Notes under the pieces: generated by a model
Database searches by the model: none
What the model was told of the DNA's origin: nothing
The model's input: the letters and a program-made list of their open reading frames with translations, nothing else
Program-made: the position numbers and the translations under genes
Shown here: in pieces, positions 1 to 10,117 of the stretch
Layout of the letters: the number at the start of each line of letters is the position of its first letter
How positions within the stretch are numbered: position 1 is the first letter of the stretch
Source: Syncephalis fuscata S228
Lineage: Eukaryota; Fungi; Zoopagomycota
DNA: 64,000 nt
Direction: 5' to 3'
NCBI GenBank assembly: GCA_025786725.1
Contig: JAHLTZ010000004.1
Coordinates: 806,001 to 870,000 of the forward strand

Positions 1-578
1 GCAACGTCCGAAACTAGCTGTCCAACCAAACCGTTGATTAACGTAGATTTACCGGCATTTGGTCTGCCTATTACTGCAACACGTAAAAGACGAGGCAGCT
101 CAGGTTGTGGAAATGTCTTTTTTACTTGTGGTAAACGAAGTATAGCGAGCTCACTTTCAGACACCCGACCTGTTTCTGTTACATGCTTTGTAAGATTAAA
201 TAGTTGCGTTTTTTTAATATCTGACGACAATGAAGCAGCTTTCTCTAGCTGTGGCTGTTCATACTGCTGTTTAGCAGGCTCAGCTTTACGAATGACCAGT
301 CTTTCGTTAGAAGATACATTTTTACTATTATCATTAACAAGATTACTCATGCCTCCTCTATTTTTGCGTAGGCTTGTAGGCTTTTGCTGCGGGTTGTTTT
401 CTGCAGCTGAATGCTGCTGGCCGATTAGACCATGCCGCCATTTGAGTCGCGTCATAATACTATAATTACAGCATTGTGTACGTAACGAATAAAACAACAA
501 CTTATTTGCTTTAAACGTTACATAAGAGTAGCTTTGAGTGGAATATACGCCGACTAGACGTTTACATGATAGTGACAT
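1..578 (-). CDS. Era-like (ERAL1-type) GTPase, N-terminal part, probably mitochondrial; runs off the window edge
   Basis: Open minus-strand frame from ATG 578 to position 1, absent from the ORF track. It reads MSLSCKRLVGVYSTQSY...PQPELPRLLRVAVIGRPNAGKSTLINGLVGQLVSDV. The G1 P-loop context matches Era/ERAL1, and the N-terminus is basic and hydroxylated like a mitochondrial presequence. Confidence 0.8.
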   Translation of the reverse strand, partial: MSLSCKRLVGVYSTQSYSYVTFKANKLLFYSLRTQCCNYSIMTRLKWRHGLIGQQHSAAENNPQQKPTSLRKNRGGMSNLVNDNSKNVSSNERLVIRKAEPAKQQYEQPQLEKAASLSSDIKKTQLFNLTKHVTETGRVSESELAILRLPQVKKTFPQPELPRLLRVAVIGRPNAGKSTLINGLVGQLVSDV

Positions 579-787
579 GGTTAAAAATAGTGTGCATTGA
601 ATTTTCAATTTTTACAATACAAATTGTGATGAAAATACATTTTTTTTGAAAAAGCAAACAAATTTAGTGGTCTCCGCCAGCGGAATTGTGCACATCAAAT
701 TCACAAATTTACTGGATTGATAAGCTCAATGGATAGAATAGTAAACCAGAACTGTTGAATGAAAATGCAAAGAGAGAGAAAGAGTGG

Positions 788-931
788 TTAGTAGCGTTCC
801 ATACGGCGAGGCATAAATCCACGACGAACAAGATAAGGTGAAGGACGTTCGGCAACACCAGCGACAGCTTGACTTGTTTGTAAAGCAATGGCCATAATGG
901 CGGCAACACCCACGAAGGTAAGGAAACGCAT
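788..931 (-). CDS. 47-aa secreted peptide precursor
   Basis: GCC-ATG context. Translates MRFLTFVGVAAIMAIALQTSQAVAGVAERPSPYLVRRGFMPRRMERY*, a classical signal peptide followed by two RR dibasic sites. Confidence 0.7.
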   Translation of the reverse strand: MRFLTFVGVAAIMAIALQTSQAVAGVAERPSPYLVRRGFMPRRMERY

Positions 932-1596
932 GGCAAAGGTTAAATGCGATAGATAGACGGGCTGATGGCGCTTGTTTGTTTATTTGTTTAGTTGCAGTGG
1001 ATAGTAGGTGTTGGCGGGGTAGATGAATCGTATTTTAGTTAGTTATCGTAAGCAAAAATACAGCGATGCTAGGTGCTGTATAGGATATTGCTGGAGCAAG
1101 TAGCGTTAGCGTTAGTGATTCAGACGAGAAAATAAAAAGCAAGTAGCGGCCGGTGGCATAGCTGCTTGGCCTTATAAATAAGTATATAGCTATTTAAAGC
1201 CACGCTGCCTAAATAAGTTATTAGCATACTAAAAGAAGCAGCAAATCAAGCGGAAGTATAATCCGTTTCTACAAGAATAGCCACTGTTCTTTGTCTTTTT
1301 TGGTCTAATTATTTGAGTTAAAAAAGCTAAAAGCCAAAAGCTATATTTCTATACTGAGCGATAACCACTATAATTTATTCTATATCGACAATAATATAAA
1401 ATACTAAGCATAAATACATTATTATTTTATTTATTTATCTATTATTCAAATGGGCTAATAATCCATTTCGCTACCTTTTAGCGTCTATTAATGTTATATT
1501 ATTTTATTAACGGCGTATGCTATGCTTACACTTGCCTTTATTATTTTTATATTATTTTCGCTATTACACTAATAGTACATTTCATTTTAATGGCTT

Positions 1597-2042
1597 TTGA
1601 TGTCAAATAACTTTATTCCTTTAACGCATTTAATACTTAGTATTCTTATAATAATGACATTTATTTTTTGATGTGTTTACATTTTAATCTGTTCTATGAT
1701 GTGCCATTTGCTGGTTAGATTAGCTTTTATCATTTCACATTGCATTTATTAATCAATTAACTGGCTGTTTATAAATATTGACTGACAGGCTCACATCTCA
1801 CAATCTACATCATCACATTTCCTTTCTCTTTCTTCACACTTGACAGCATATATCCATTGCATATACTTGTACACTCCATATATACTATATAGATAGTTTC
1901 AGTAGTTGGCTGACTACTAGTTAGATACACACACCTTCTACACTATGTACTTGCATTGCTATTTGTAATATTAACTTTTCTATTAATCACTTTTATCACA
2001 CCAATCATTGGCATAGTAAACGTATTTTGGCTTTATTTTATA
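1597..2042. repeat. Dispersed non-coding repeat, copy A (direct-orientation copy at 25298-25701)
   Basis: Colinear similarity by eye, for example TGTTTATAAATATTGACTGACA..CTCACATCTCACAATCTAC.TCATCACATT..CTTTCTCTTTCTT.ACACTTGA.AGCATATATCCATTG in both copies. Boundaries are approximate. Confidence 0.9.
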
Positions 2043-2472
2043 ATATGTTGATTATATAATAACCTTGACAACGTATAGGCATCATAATTATCGTGTAAAG
2101 CTATTGTACACATGCAACGACAACATTATATGAAGCACTGCTAGTATAGTCGCTGAACGAGTTCTAATGCCAGTACAACAGTGTGATTGATTGCTATCGT
2201 TATTGTTGTATGTGCACAGCTGTCAACTTAATGACTGTGTTGGGTATATGTGCTATTACCTTTCCATAGATTGTCTTTCTCTTTTTACTCTGTTACTGCT
2301 CTTAAAATTTCTCTGGCATAAAGATTTAAATTAAGGTTTATTTAAAATTTTCCATGTTGAACAATTTACACAATAGCTATTGAATAGACGAATAAATTAA
2401 TATTATAATAGTTTATTTAGAAAATAAATAATAAAATTTGTTTAATATTATTTTTCTTTTTTTAGTTTCATT

Positions 2473-4574
2473 ATGAGCTCGAAACGACAAAAGATGATAA
2501 AAACAACTGAATTAATAGCTGATCAGAAGATGACTGATAGCAACTTGTTGGAATCGGTTGAATCGGTAAATAAACTTTCTCTAGAAGACGAGAATGAAGC
2601 ATCTAGTGGTTCAGACAAGGAATCTATATCATCGGCCACAAGTTTCACGGAACTAGGCGTGCAGCCCTGGCTAGTTGCTGCGCTTAACTCGATGGCTATT
2701 CGAAAGCCCACCGAGATTCAACGCGCCTGCATTCCTCCAACACTTCAAGGTAGGTGTATAAATTGCATTTGCAATTACTGTTGCTAAGTATTGACGTCAT
2801 ATAGGCCGTACAGTTATTGGTGGTGCCCGTACTGGTTCAGGTAAAACGGCAGCATTTGCAATACCAATTCTTCAGAAGCTTGCAGAAGATCCGTACGGCG
2901 TATTTGCAGTAATTCTAACACCAACGCGGTAAGTAACGCTGCAAATATAATGGTAGTCATGTGGCTTATTCGTAGCCTGACAGCGAGCTGGCATTTCAAA
3001 TTGCCGATCAATTTGATGCGCTTGGTAAAGGCGTTAATCTTAAGCTATGCGTTACTGTAGGCGGAATAGGTAAGTCGATTGGATTGATTGTAGTAAATGT
3101 TTGACGTGGATATAGATATGATGAAGCAGGCGCTTGAGCTAGCACGTCGTCCACACATTATTGTTGCTACGCCCGGTAGATTGGCAGATCACATTCAAAG
3201 CAGTTCAGGCGCAGTTCATTTAACACGCACCCAATTTCTGGTAAGCTATTGGATTAAATTAATAAATGGCCATTATGCACAAAATCTGATTTATCGATAG
3301 GTACTTGATGAAGCAGATCGACTGTTGACACCTAGTTTTGCCTCTGATCTTAACGTTATTATGGATCAGTTGCCACGTAATCGACAGACTATGCTGTACA
3401 CGGCCACACTAACCGAGGCGATTGTTGCACTACAAAATACAGATGAAAGCAGCAACGATAACAAAACATCTTTGGCAGTTTCGAAAAAGCCTTTTGTCTA
3501 CCGCTGTGATACTGGTATTGCAACAGTAGCCACATTAAGACAGCGTTATTTATTAGTACCATCTTCAGTACGAGAGGTTTATCTTGCGTTGCTGTTACGT
3601 GCAGCAACTATCAAGACCAATGATGGTGATCAGGAACAATCAGTAGATTCAATACTTGATATAACACAAATCAATGGCACTAACAAACAAAAGCGGGATA
3701 GAGGAAATAAGAGTCGTTCACAAAATGACAAGAAACGAAAGGTTACAGATACCGATGATCCTTTGGCCTCGGTGACTATGCCAGAATTGGATGGGATCAT
3801 TACAGAGGCACGTAGCATCATTGTATTTTGTGGTCATTGTAAAACGGCACAAGTGCTACGAACCATGCTGACAGGACTGGGCATATCTTGTGCGGCACTA
3901 CACTCAATGTTATCTCAGCGAGCGCGTCTTGCAAGCTTATCACAATTTAAAGGTCGTCAAGTGCGCGTACTAATTACAACTGATGTTGGTAGTCGGTAAG
4001 TTTAGTGGCCATTATACGCACACACATATATATATATCGGTAGTTGATGAATTATTTAGTGGTCTGGATATCCCCACGGTGGATCTAGTCATTAATTATG
4101 ATGTGCCTCAAGATCCGGCCGACTACATTCATCGTGTGGGTCGTACTGCTCGTGCTGGACGAGGCGGTGCTGCGGTGACAATTATGTCCGAAAAGGATGT
4201 TCAGCTGGTGCAGGCTATCGAAGAACGCATTGGCAAGTATCATAGTGAACTGCTAATCAATGGCTAATTTAAACAACGATAAATTAGGCATTAAAATGGA
4301 CGAATTGGTCGTGGACGAAACAGCTATTGTGGACTCGTTGAAACCCGTCTCTGCCGCTAAACGGCTGGCCGTCATGGTGGGTTGTAGCAATATTTGTCTA
4401 ATATAGTATTTGCATACTGATACGTATTTATGTCTATAGGAAATGCATGATTCGGCACTGGGCGACAAGGAATATACACGCAAGCAGAAACACCAAGTTA
4501 CCGCTAAAGGTACATCCGCTTCATCACTTAGTACAAGCAAGAAAAGCAGAAAGATCAAACACAAAATAATGTGA
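2473..4574 (+). CDS. DBP8: DEAD-box RNA helicase DBP8/DDX49 (multi-exon)
   Basis: Spliced product has the Q motif (PTEIQ), [43 protein letters not shown] and [11 protein letters not shown]. Introns are about 50-65 nt and one is GC-AG. Confidence 0.92.
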
Positions 4575-5059
4575 TAACAGTATTTCCATCGTTTATTTTT
4601 AACTAGCCTGAATTTATTTTCTAGAAATAAATAGTATTAACAAATTAAACGCTACGATGATGGTGATCACATGCTCAAGCGACAATTGAATGTGCTTCAT
4701 AACAGTGTATCAATTGCATTTCGTTAAAGTATAATAAAAGTGAAAATGCAACAAAATACAATATTAAACAAACAGTTTATTTGATAGTATTATAAATATG
4801 CTGGCTAATATGTACGGATTTTCTACAGTCAATATGCTCACTTGCTTTAATTAAATGAAATATATTAAGAGTAGACTAGATATATTAATTGTCATTTTTT
4901 ATTGCCATGTTTAATTAAAGTTGGTTTTATATTGATTTGCGCAATATAGATTAATAGTCCATGTTAATAGCCACTGCTTACTGTTGTTGCATTCAATTTT
5001 TGTCAATTAATATAAAGATCGTGCTATCAAGTTTGATCAATGGATGTGGACGCGGCATG

Positions 5060-5350
5060 AAACGAGTGTCGCGTGAAAATAAGGCACGAAACTCGCGATT
5101 AATACGACCTAGTGCCACTGTCTCTGTGTCGACCGGCAAAACGCAGGCACTATGACGGCGAAACAACAGCGATTCATTCTGTGCTAAAGCCCACAAATGT
5201 CAAACATATACTAGACACGAAAATGGAACTACTCCGTCTGGTATACAACAGCTGGGCACGCTAGCACATGGGCCGTCAGATTGGGTGGCAAAGAATGGGA
5301 GGTTTGGTCATGAAAAGGCAAGACTATCAACTCATGGGATTGCCACCATT
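5060..5350. ncRNA. Candidate structured ncRNA of unassigned class
   Basis: GC-richer island in AT-rich intergenic DNA with at least seven nested or adjacent complementary stems of 5-10 bp, followed by T-tracts on the + strand. No known RNA family motif was recognised. Confidence 0.5.
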
Positions 5351-6000
5351 TTTAGATTTTTCTTATTTGTGCACAGTAACAGTTTCGATTGTAATATTAG
5401 TAAATATACCGTTTGCTTCATAGTATCAAATGTAATATTTGTTGCATTAAATTATAGCACAGCTGGTCTATCGATTATAAAAACATGCTATTCGCAGGTA
5501 CAGCGATAATTATAACAAAGCATCCTCTTTAATTGATATTTTTTTATGTTTTCCCATGGCTTGCTTGCATAACAAATACATAAACTATCAATATTTATAC
5601 TGCTGCCACTGTTGAAAATATATCGTTTGATCTGTAATATACTCTATTTTTGTCGATTCGTTTTGATCATGCTGAGCCTACACAGCAAAGATAAAATAGC
5701 ATGAAATATTAAAGTAGAAAACAATGCAATAGCATAATAAACAATTTTAAATATTGATAATTACTTAGAATTTGGTAATTATCCGATCTTGCAACAAAGA
5801 TAATTATGAGTATTCAAGCAGCTGTTATTACTTTATTTTATGCACAATAACCGAGCATTTGCAATATGTCTTAATTGTAACTAAATGCTTTATCGGTTTC
5901 TAGAATAGTTAACCATTTATTTCAATAGTAGCATTGCTGGCATAAGTTTGCCATTGGATTATTGCTGTATCATCAGTAAACGCAACGGATGCATGCAATA

Positions 6001-6786
6001 TTATATACTAGCCAAGGCGATAGCACCCGCTACACTGGCGCCATTTACGATCCAACCGGTGGTATATACACCTTTAAGAGTAAGGGCAGATGTTGTGTCC
6101 CAAATCTATAGCCATTGATCATTAGCCATTAGCCGTTGGTTCTAACTGTGGTTTATTTTATACTTACCAAGTGGCGAATTCCGTTCGCAGCATGAAAAGT
6201 GAAAGGCCATGCCAGTGTGAACTTTCCGGCTACTTTGACGGCCTCTGGCAAATCAGCTACAGTTGAGATAATAGCTGCAGAGTCGATGCTTGGAACTGCT
6301 AAATAAGCTATCATACCCGTGTAGAATACTGCACTTGTATGATTAGTGTACGTGTAAGTGTCTGTGTAAGAAGCATTTGACTAACCAGTAGCAAGAGCTA
6401 CGCCCGTCGTACGATGAAGTCCTGACATCACCCAGGTAAGCTGCGGCTGGTAAATAGAAAGATCTGGCGAAACAGGTCGGTGACGTCTAGCTTCCTGAGC
6501 AATGTCTGCTTGTGTTTTGGTAGTTACTGGTCGACGCCTAGCATGTCGTCAGCTTACAATCAACAAAAAAACGCCGTAAACCACCCCGTCAACTTACATG
6601 GCAAGCATACCAGCCATGGCTGTATGGCGTGTTGATAGCTGAGAGACTGTCAGCATACCTGCGTGCAAGATAAGCGCGAAAATAATCAGATTCAAAACCG
6701 TAAGTAAGATTCATCGCGCTGTCTAATAGATTGCAGTTACCCTGACGAGCTACCATGGCGGAACGCAAAGAAGCTAACGCATACAT
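6001..6786 (-). CDS. SDH3: Succinate dehydrogenase cytochrome b560 subunit (5 exons)
   Basis: Spliced translation contains RHRPVSPDLSIYQPQLTWVMSGLHRTTG and WPFTFHAANGIRHL|IWD, with a presequence starting MYALASLRSAMVARQG. Not represented correctly in the ORF track. Confidence 0.93.
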
Positions 6787-7020
6787 GATGCACTCAATAG
6801 TCAATAGGCCAGTAAGAAAAGTAAAAGCGAATAAAGATCGTAGTGATAACAATGTAGCAGTAATAGGGAAAAAGGGGACGGGAGGACGCGCAAGCATGCA
6901 GTTTGAAGAGGAGTGAAAACCAGTGTCGGCATCATCGATATCGTCGTTGCTGCTGTTCCGTGTGTCACGTGCATTGTAATAATAGCAAACAGATCGTTTT
7001 TCTATTTGATTAGATTATTT

Positions 7021-7099
7021 TACTTTGACTCCCTATGCTTAAACTGGGACAAAAATATCCGTAACTCGAACAATAAATCTTCAATCAGTTTTTACTACT
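7021..7099 (+). mobile_element. 79-bp terminal-inverted-repeat-like sequence, left copy
   Basis: TACTTTGACTCCCTATGCTTAAACTGGGACAAAAATATCCGTAACTCGAACAATAAATCTTCAATCAGTTTTTACTACT matches the reverse complement of 30029-30106 with 3 substitutions and 1 indel. It begins with TA. The repeat is certain; the TIR identity is inferred. Confidence 0.6.
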
Positions 7100-7422
7100 G
7101 TAAAGTATGCAAAGCATTATAATTTGATGCTTAATGTCACTCACCATCCATCATTATGTTCAATAAATTGGATGCTATTAAATATAATCATTTTAACACC
7201 AAACAATACTAAATGGCTAATAAATTCAATTAGTTACAGTCTTTATTTAAATCAGCTTATCAACAGCATTCTAGTAGAAAGCAATATAATTGTGATGTGT
7301 ATAACAACAGCATGGCTTCAATTGAAACAGATTTTGCTTTAGAGACTCAAAATAAAAGGCATAAAGTAAAAGTCAAAGTTCCAATTTATTTACAGTTGTG
7401 CAGTATAGTGTTGGCCTATACT

Positions 7423-8499
7423 TCAGTCTAGCCATTTAGTTTGGCTATTGTGGCCGTAGTTCATGCCGGTACCACGAAGCCACTTGGGCTCGTTGTATGG
7501 GTCCATACCAACACGGTGAGAGGTACGACGAATACCGCCACCTTCAGGACCACCTGCTTCCCAGGCAAGTTCACGCGATTCGACTATATCGCCAGCACGA
7601 GCATTGGCCAATTCTTCGGGAGTACGACGAAGTGCGCTATCAACATCATCTGCAGCCTGATGGGCTCGATCGGCCATAGCACGACCAGCGGCCGATGCAC
7701 GCTCTTCAGCAGCATCAATGGCGCCGCTGGCCTCGTCCATTGCTTGTTTAATAAACGATCTTCCACGTTGTCTAGCCTCGTCATAGCTGTCGTCCATGCT
7801 ATCTTTCATATTGCTCATTTTTGAACTAGCAGCATCCATCGTTTCACTGGCAGTGCGCTGTACAGTGTCGGCTGCAGCATCGGTCATATCGCCTATAGCG
7901 TTGCCTGCTCGTTTGGCAGCATCAGAGAATTCACGACGAGAGCCTTGTGAGGACGCAGCAATATCTGAGGCGGTATTAGCCACGCGCTGCTCTCGCGCCT
8001 CATCGCTGCCCTCTCCTCGAGATGCACCACCTGTGGCCCAGTTAAACCACGAGCGACCTGTATCCCTCACAGTAGCCTCTCCCTGTCGTGTCTTGTCCCA
8101 TAGATTTTCTGCAGTTGTGCGAGCAGTTTGGGCCATGTCACGGGCCGTATCAGCTGCTTGATGTCCTGTCGATGCTATACGATCGCCCGTGGTGCGCATT
8201 GCATCACCGATATCTTCGCCCGTTTGTTCCAAATCATTTTTGGCACGCGACATCATTGTAGCATTTGTTGGACGCCCATGCAAGTCAACACGATCTGATG
8301 CAATATTTTGTCCACTTTCCAAAGAGCGTCGTTGCACTAATTCTTCTGGCGTGCTACGCAGCCAAGAGCCGCGTCTACGAACGTTATGTTCGTCCACTTC
8401 TTCGCCATGCGGGTGGTTGTAAGCATATGCTATAGCGCCGACCGCAGCGACAGTAGGACCAGCCACGGCAGCAGCAGTTGCAATTGGAATCGAAAACAT
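7423..8499 (-). CDS. LEA-like (late embryogenesis abundant) hydrophilin with an N-terminal hydrophobic segment
   Basis: Intronless 358-aa ORF rich in A/D/E/R/T, no Cys, with amphipathic helical repeats (AADTARDMAQTARTTA, AADTVQRTASETMDAA). Confidence 0.7.
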   Translation of the reverse strand: MFSIPIATAAAVAGPTVAAVGAIAYAYNHPHGEEVDEHNVRRRGSWLRSTPEELVQRRSLESGQNIASDRVDLHGRPTNATMMSRAKNDLEQTGEDIGDAMRTTGDRIASTGHQAADTARDMAQTARTTAENLWDKTRQGEATVRDTGRSWFNWATGGASRGEGSDEAREQRVANTASDIAASSQGSRREFSDAAKRAGNAIGDMTDAAADTVQRTASETMDAASSKMSNMKDSMDDSYDEARQRGRSFIKQAMDEASGAIDAAEERASAAGRAMADRAHQAADDVDSALRRTPEELANARAGDIVESRELAWEAGGPEGGGIRRTSHRVGMDPYNEPKWLRGTGMNYGHNSQTKWLD

Positions 8500-8584
8500 T
8501 ATGATAAAACTAGCGTAAATTGATGAAATCAGTTGTGTGTGGTAAAATGTTTGTCAGGGACCATGATTTGCATTTTGATAACAA

Positions 8585-8695
8585 GTAAAACCTTAATGAA
8601 ACCTTGTATCACCAACTTTATTTGAACAAGTGAAACCAATGTTTAATTGAATATGATTGGAATCAGCACATTCATGCTATTTTTACGTGACGTCA
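8585..8695. promoter_or_regulatory. Divergent promoter with TGAAACC motifs and a CRE (TGACGTCA)
   Basis: TGAAACC at 8597 and 8631, and a perfect TGACGTCA palindrome at 8688-8695, between the LEA-like and GPI genes. Confidence 0.4.
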
Positions 8696-8851
8696 TTGGA
8701 ATTTAGAATGACTGATATCATAATATTTTGTTTACAACCAAATGTTCTACGCGTATATATAACCATTTAAGCACAAACAAATAAACAAATTATTAACTAA
8801 ATACAAATCATAGTGATATTCATATCGTTTCAAACAACACTCAATAACAAA

Positions 8852-9721
8852 ATGGAATTTTCGTTGAAATCAACCTTGTTTTTAGTGGCAATAGCCAGTA
8901 ATTGTTTTACGGGTAGTGGTAATTATTTTATTATACAATGACGTGCATACCTTGCTTATTGTTTACTAGGTCAACAGCAGCCATTTAATACAGGATTAAA
9001 TCCTGGCAATAATGCAGCTAATCCTTCAAGAGCTGGAATACCATTCAGTACCAATGGTCCACAAAGACAAATGAGTCCAGGACAACAGCAGCCTTCCTCC
9101 CCTTGGATGCCAATGGATCAATCCAACAATCCTTTATTAAATTTGGGCCCTGGAAATAATAATCAAAATCAAAATCAGAACCCAAATCAACGTCCATTAC
9201 AGCAATCATTTCCGCAAATGACTGAATCCGAGCCTCGAAGCAACTCATCACCAGCTATTGATACAGTCGACATTCCACCCATTGGTCGTATTAATGCTGC
9301 ACCAGCTGAAAATACTAACACAGCATCAAATAATCCTCGCTCAGCGCAAACAACTACTAATCCCTCTATTGATCCTAACGACATCTTTCGTTTGTTTTTT
9401 CCACCATCAACGCCAACTCAAATTAATAACAACATCAGTGCAACTTCTCAGTTGACATCTGTTGGCACACTTGACAATAGAGAAAATAGAAACACTTCAC
9501 CTACCTCTACTCTTCACACTAACACATTGAATAGTTCTCCTTTCTCTACTACTACTACTACTACTGGTAGTAGTAGTAGTAATACACGTACATCATCATC
9601 AACTATTTTACCAAATTCTCCCGTTTCTGCGGTTGGCTTACGAGTGAAGCCTATACAATTGCCAGCCATTATACTATCTCTAGTAGCGTATTCTGGAATA
9701 CTGGTATTGGCAAATTACTAA
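8852..9721 (+). CDS. Secreted, probably GPI-anchored S/T/N/Q/P-rich surface protein (exons 8852-8918, 8970-9721)
   Basis: Signal peptide MEFSLKSTLFLVAIASNCFTGSG, an in-frame GT-AG intron, a low-complexity body and a hydrophobic C-terminus (AIILSLVAYSGILVLANY). Confidence 0.8.
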
Positions 9722-10117
9722 AACCGGACATCATATTGATTAGCAAATATAACCTAGCTATGGGTATTATTATATCATCAATATCGTTTTAGCAATAAAG
9801 ATTATTTTTTATCATTATATTGCAATTTAATTGATATTGTAAATACATAATACTGTTACTCAAATAGTAATAAAGATAACTTTTATAATTCAATTCATTT
9901 TAATTTATTATCAAAATTTATACGATTACAATTTTTGTTATAATTATGCTAATTTGAGCTATTGTTATAAGTTAAAGCCATTTGCTACTAATAATATTTT
10001 TTTATTAAATTGGTATTAAACCATTTTAGTAATAGATTTAATAGTAAAATTTAAAAACGGTCTATTTTTGAAATTATCTTAATTTATATGTATAATAATA
10101 AATCTACAATTTACTAT

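Noticed and set aside
34-465. 143-aa plus-strand ORF
   Set aside because: Antisense to the Era-like frame; no start context or motifs.
5300-5345. U5-like loop (TTGCCTTTTCA, minus) or U3-like start (AAGACTAT, plus)
   Set aside because: The invariant U5 GCCUUUUAC and Sm site are absent, and U3 boxes B, C and D were not found.
7358-7380. Possible local partner TIR for 7021 (GCATA..AGTCAAAGT)
   Set aside because: Only about 9 contiguous matches in AT-rich DNA, so it cannot be supported; if real it would favour a small MITE over the giant-element idea.
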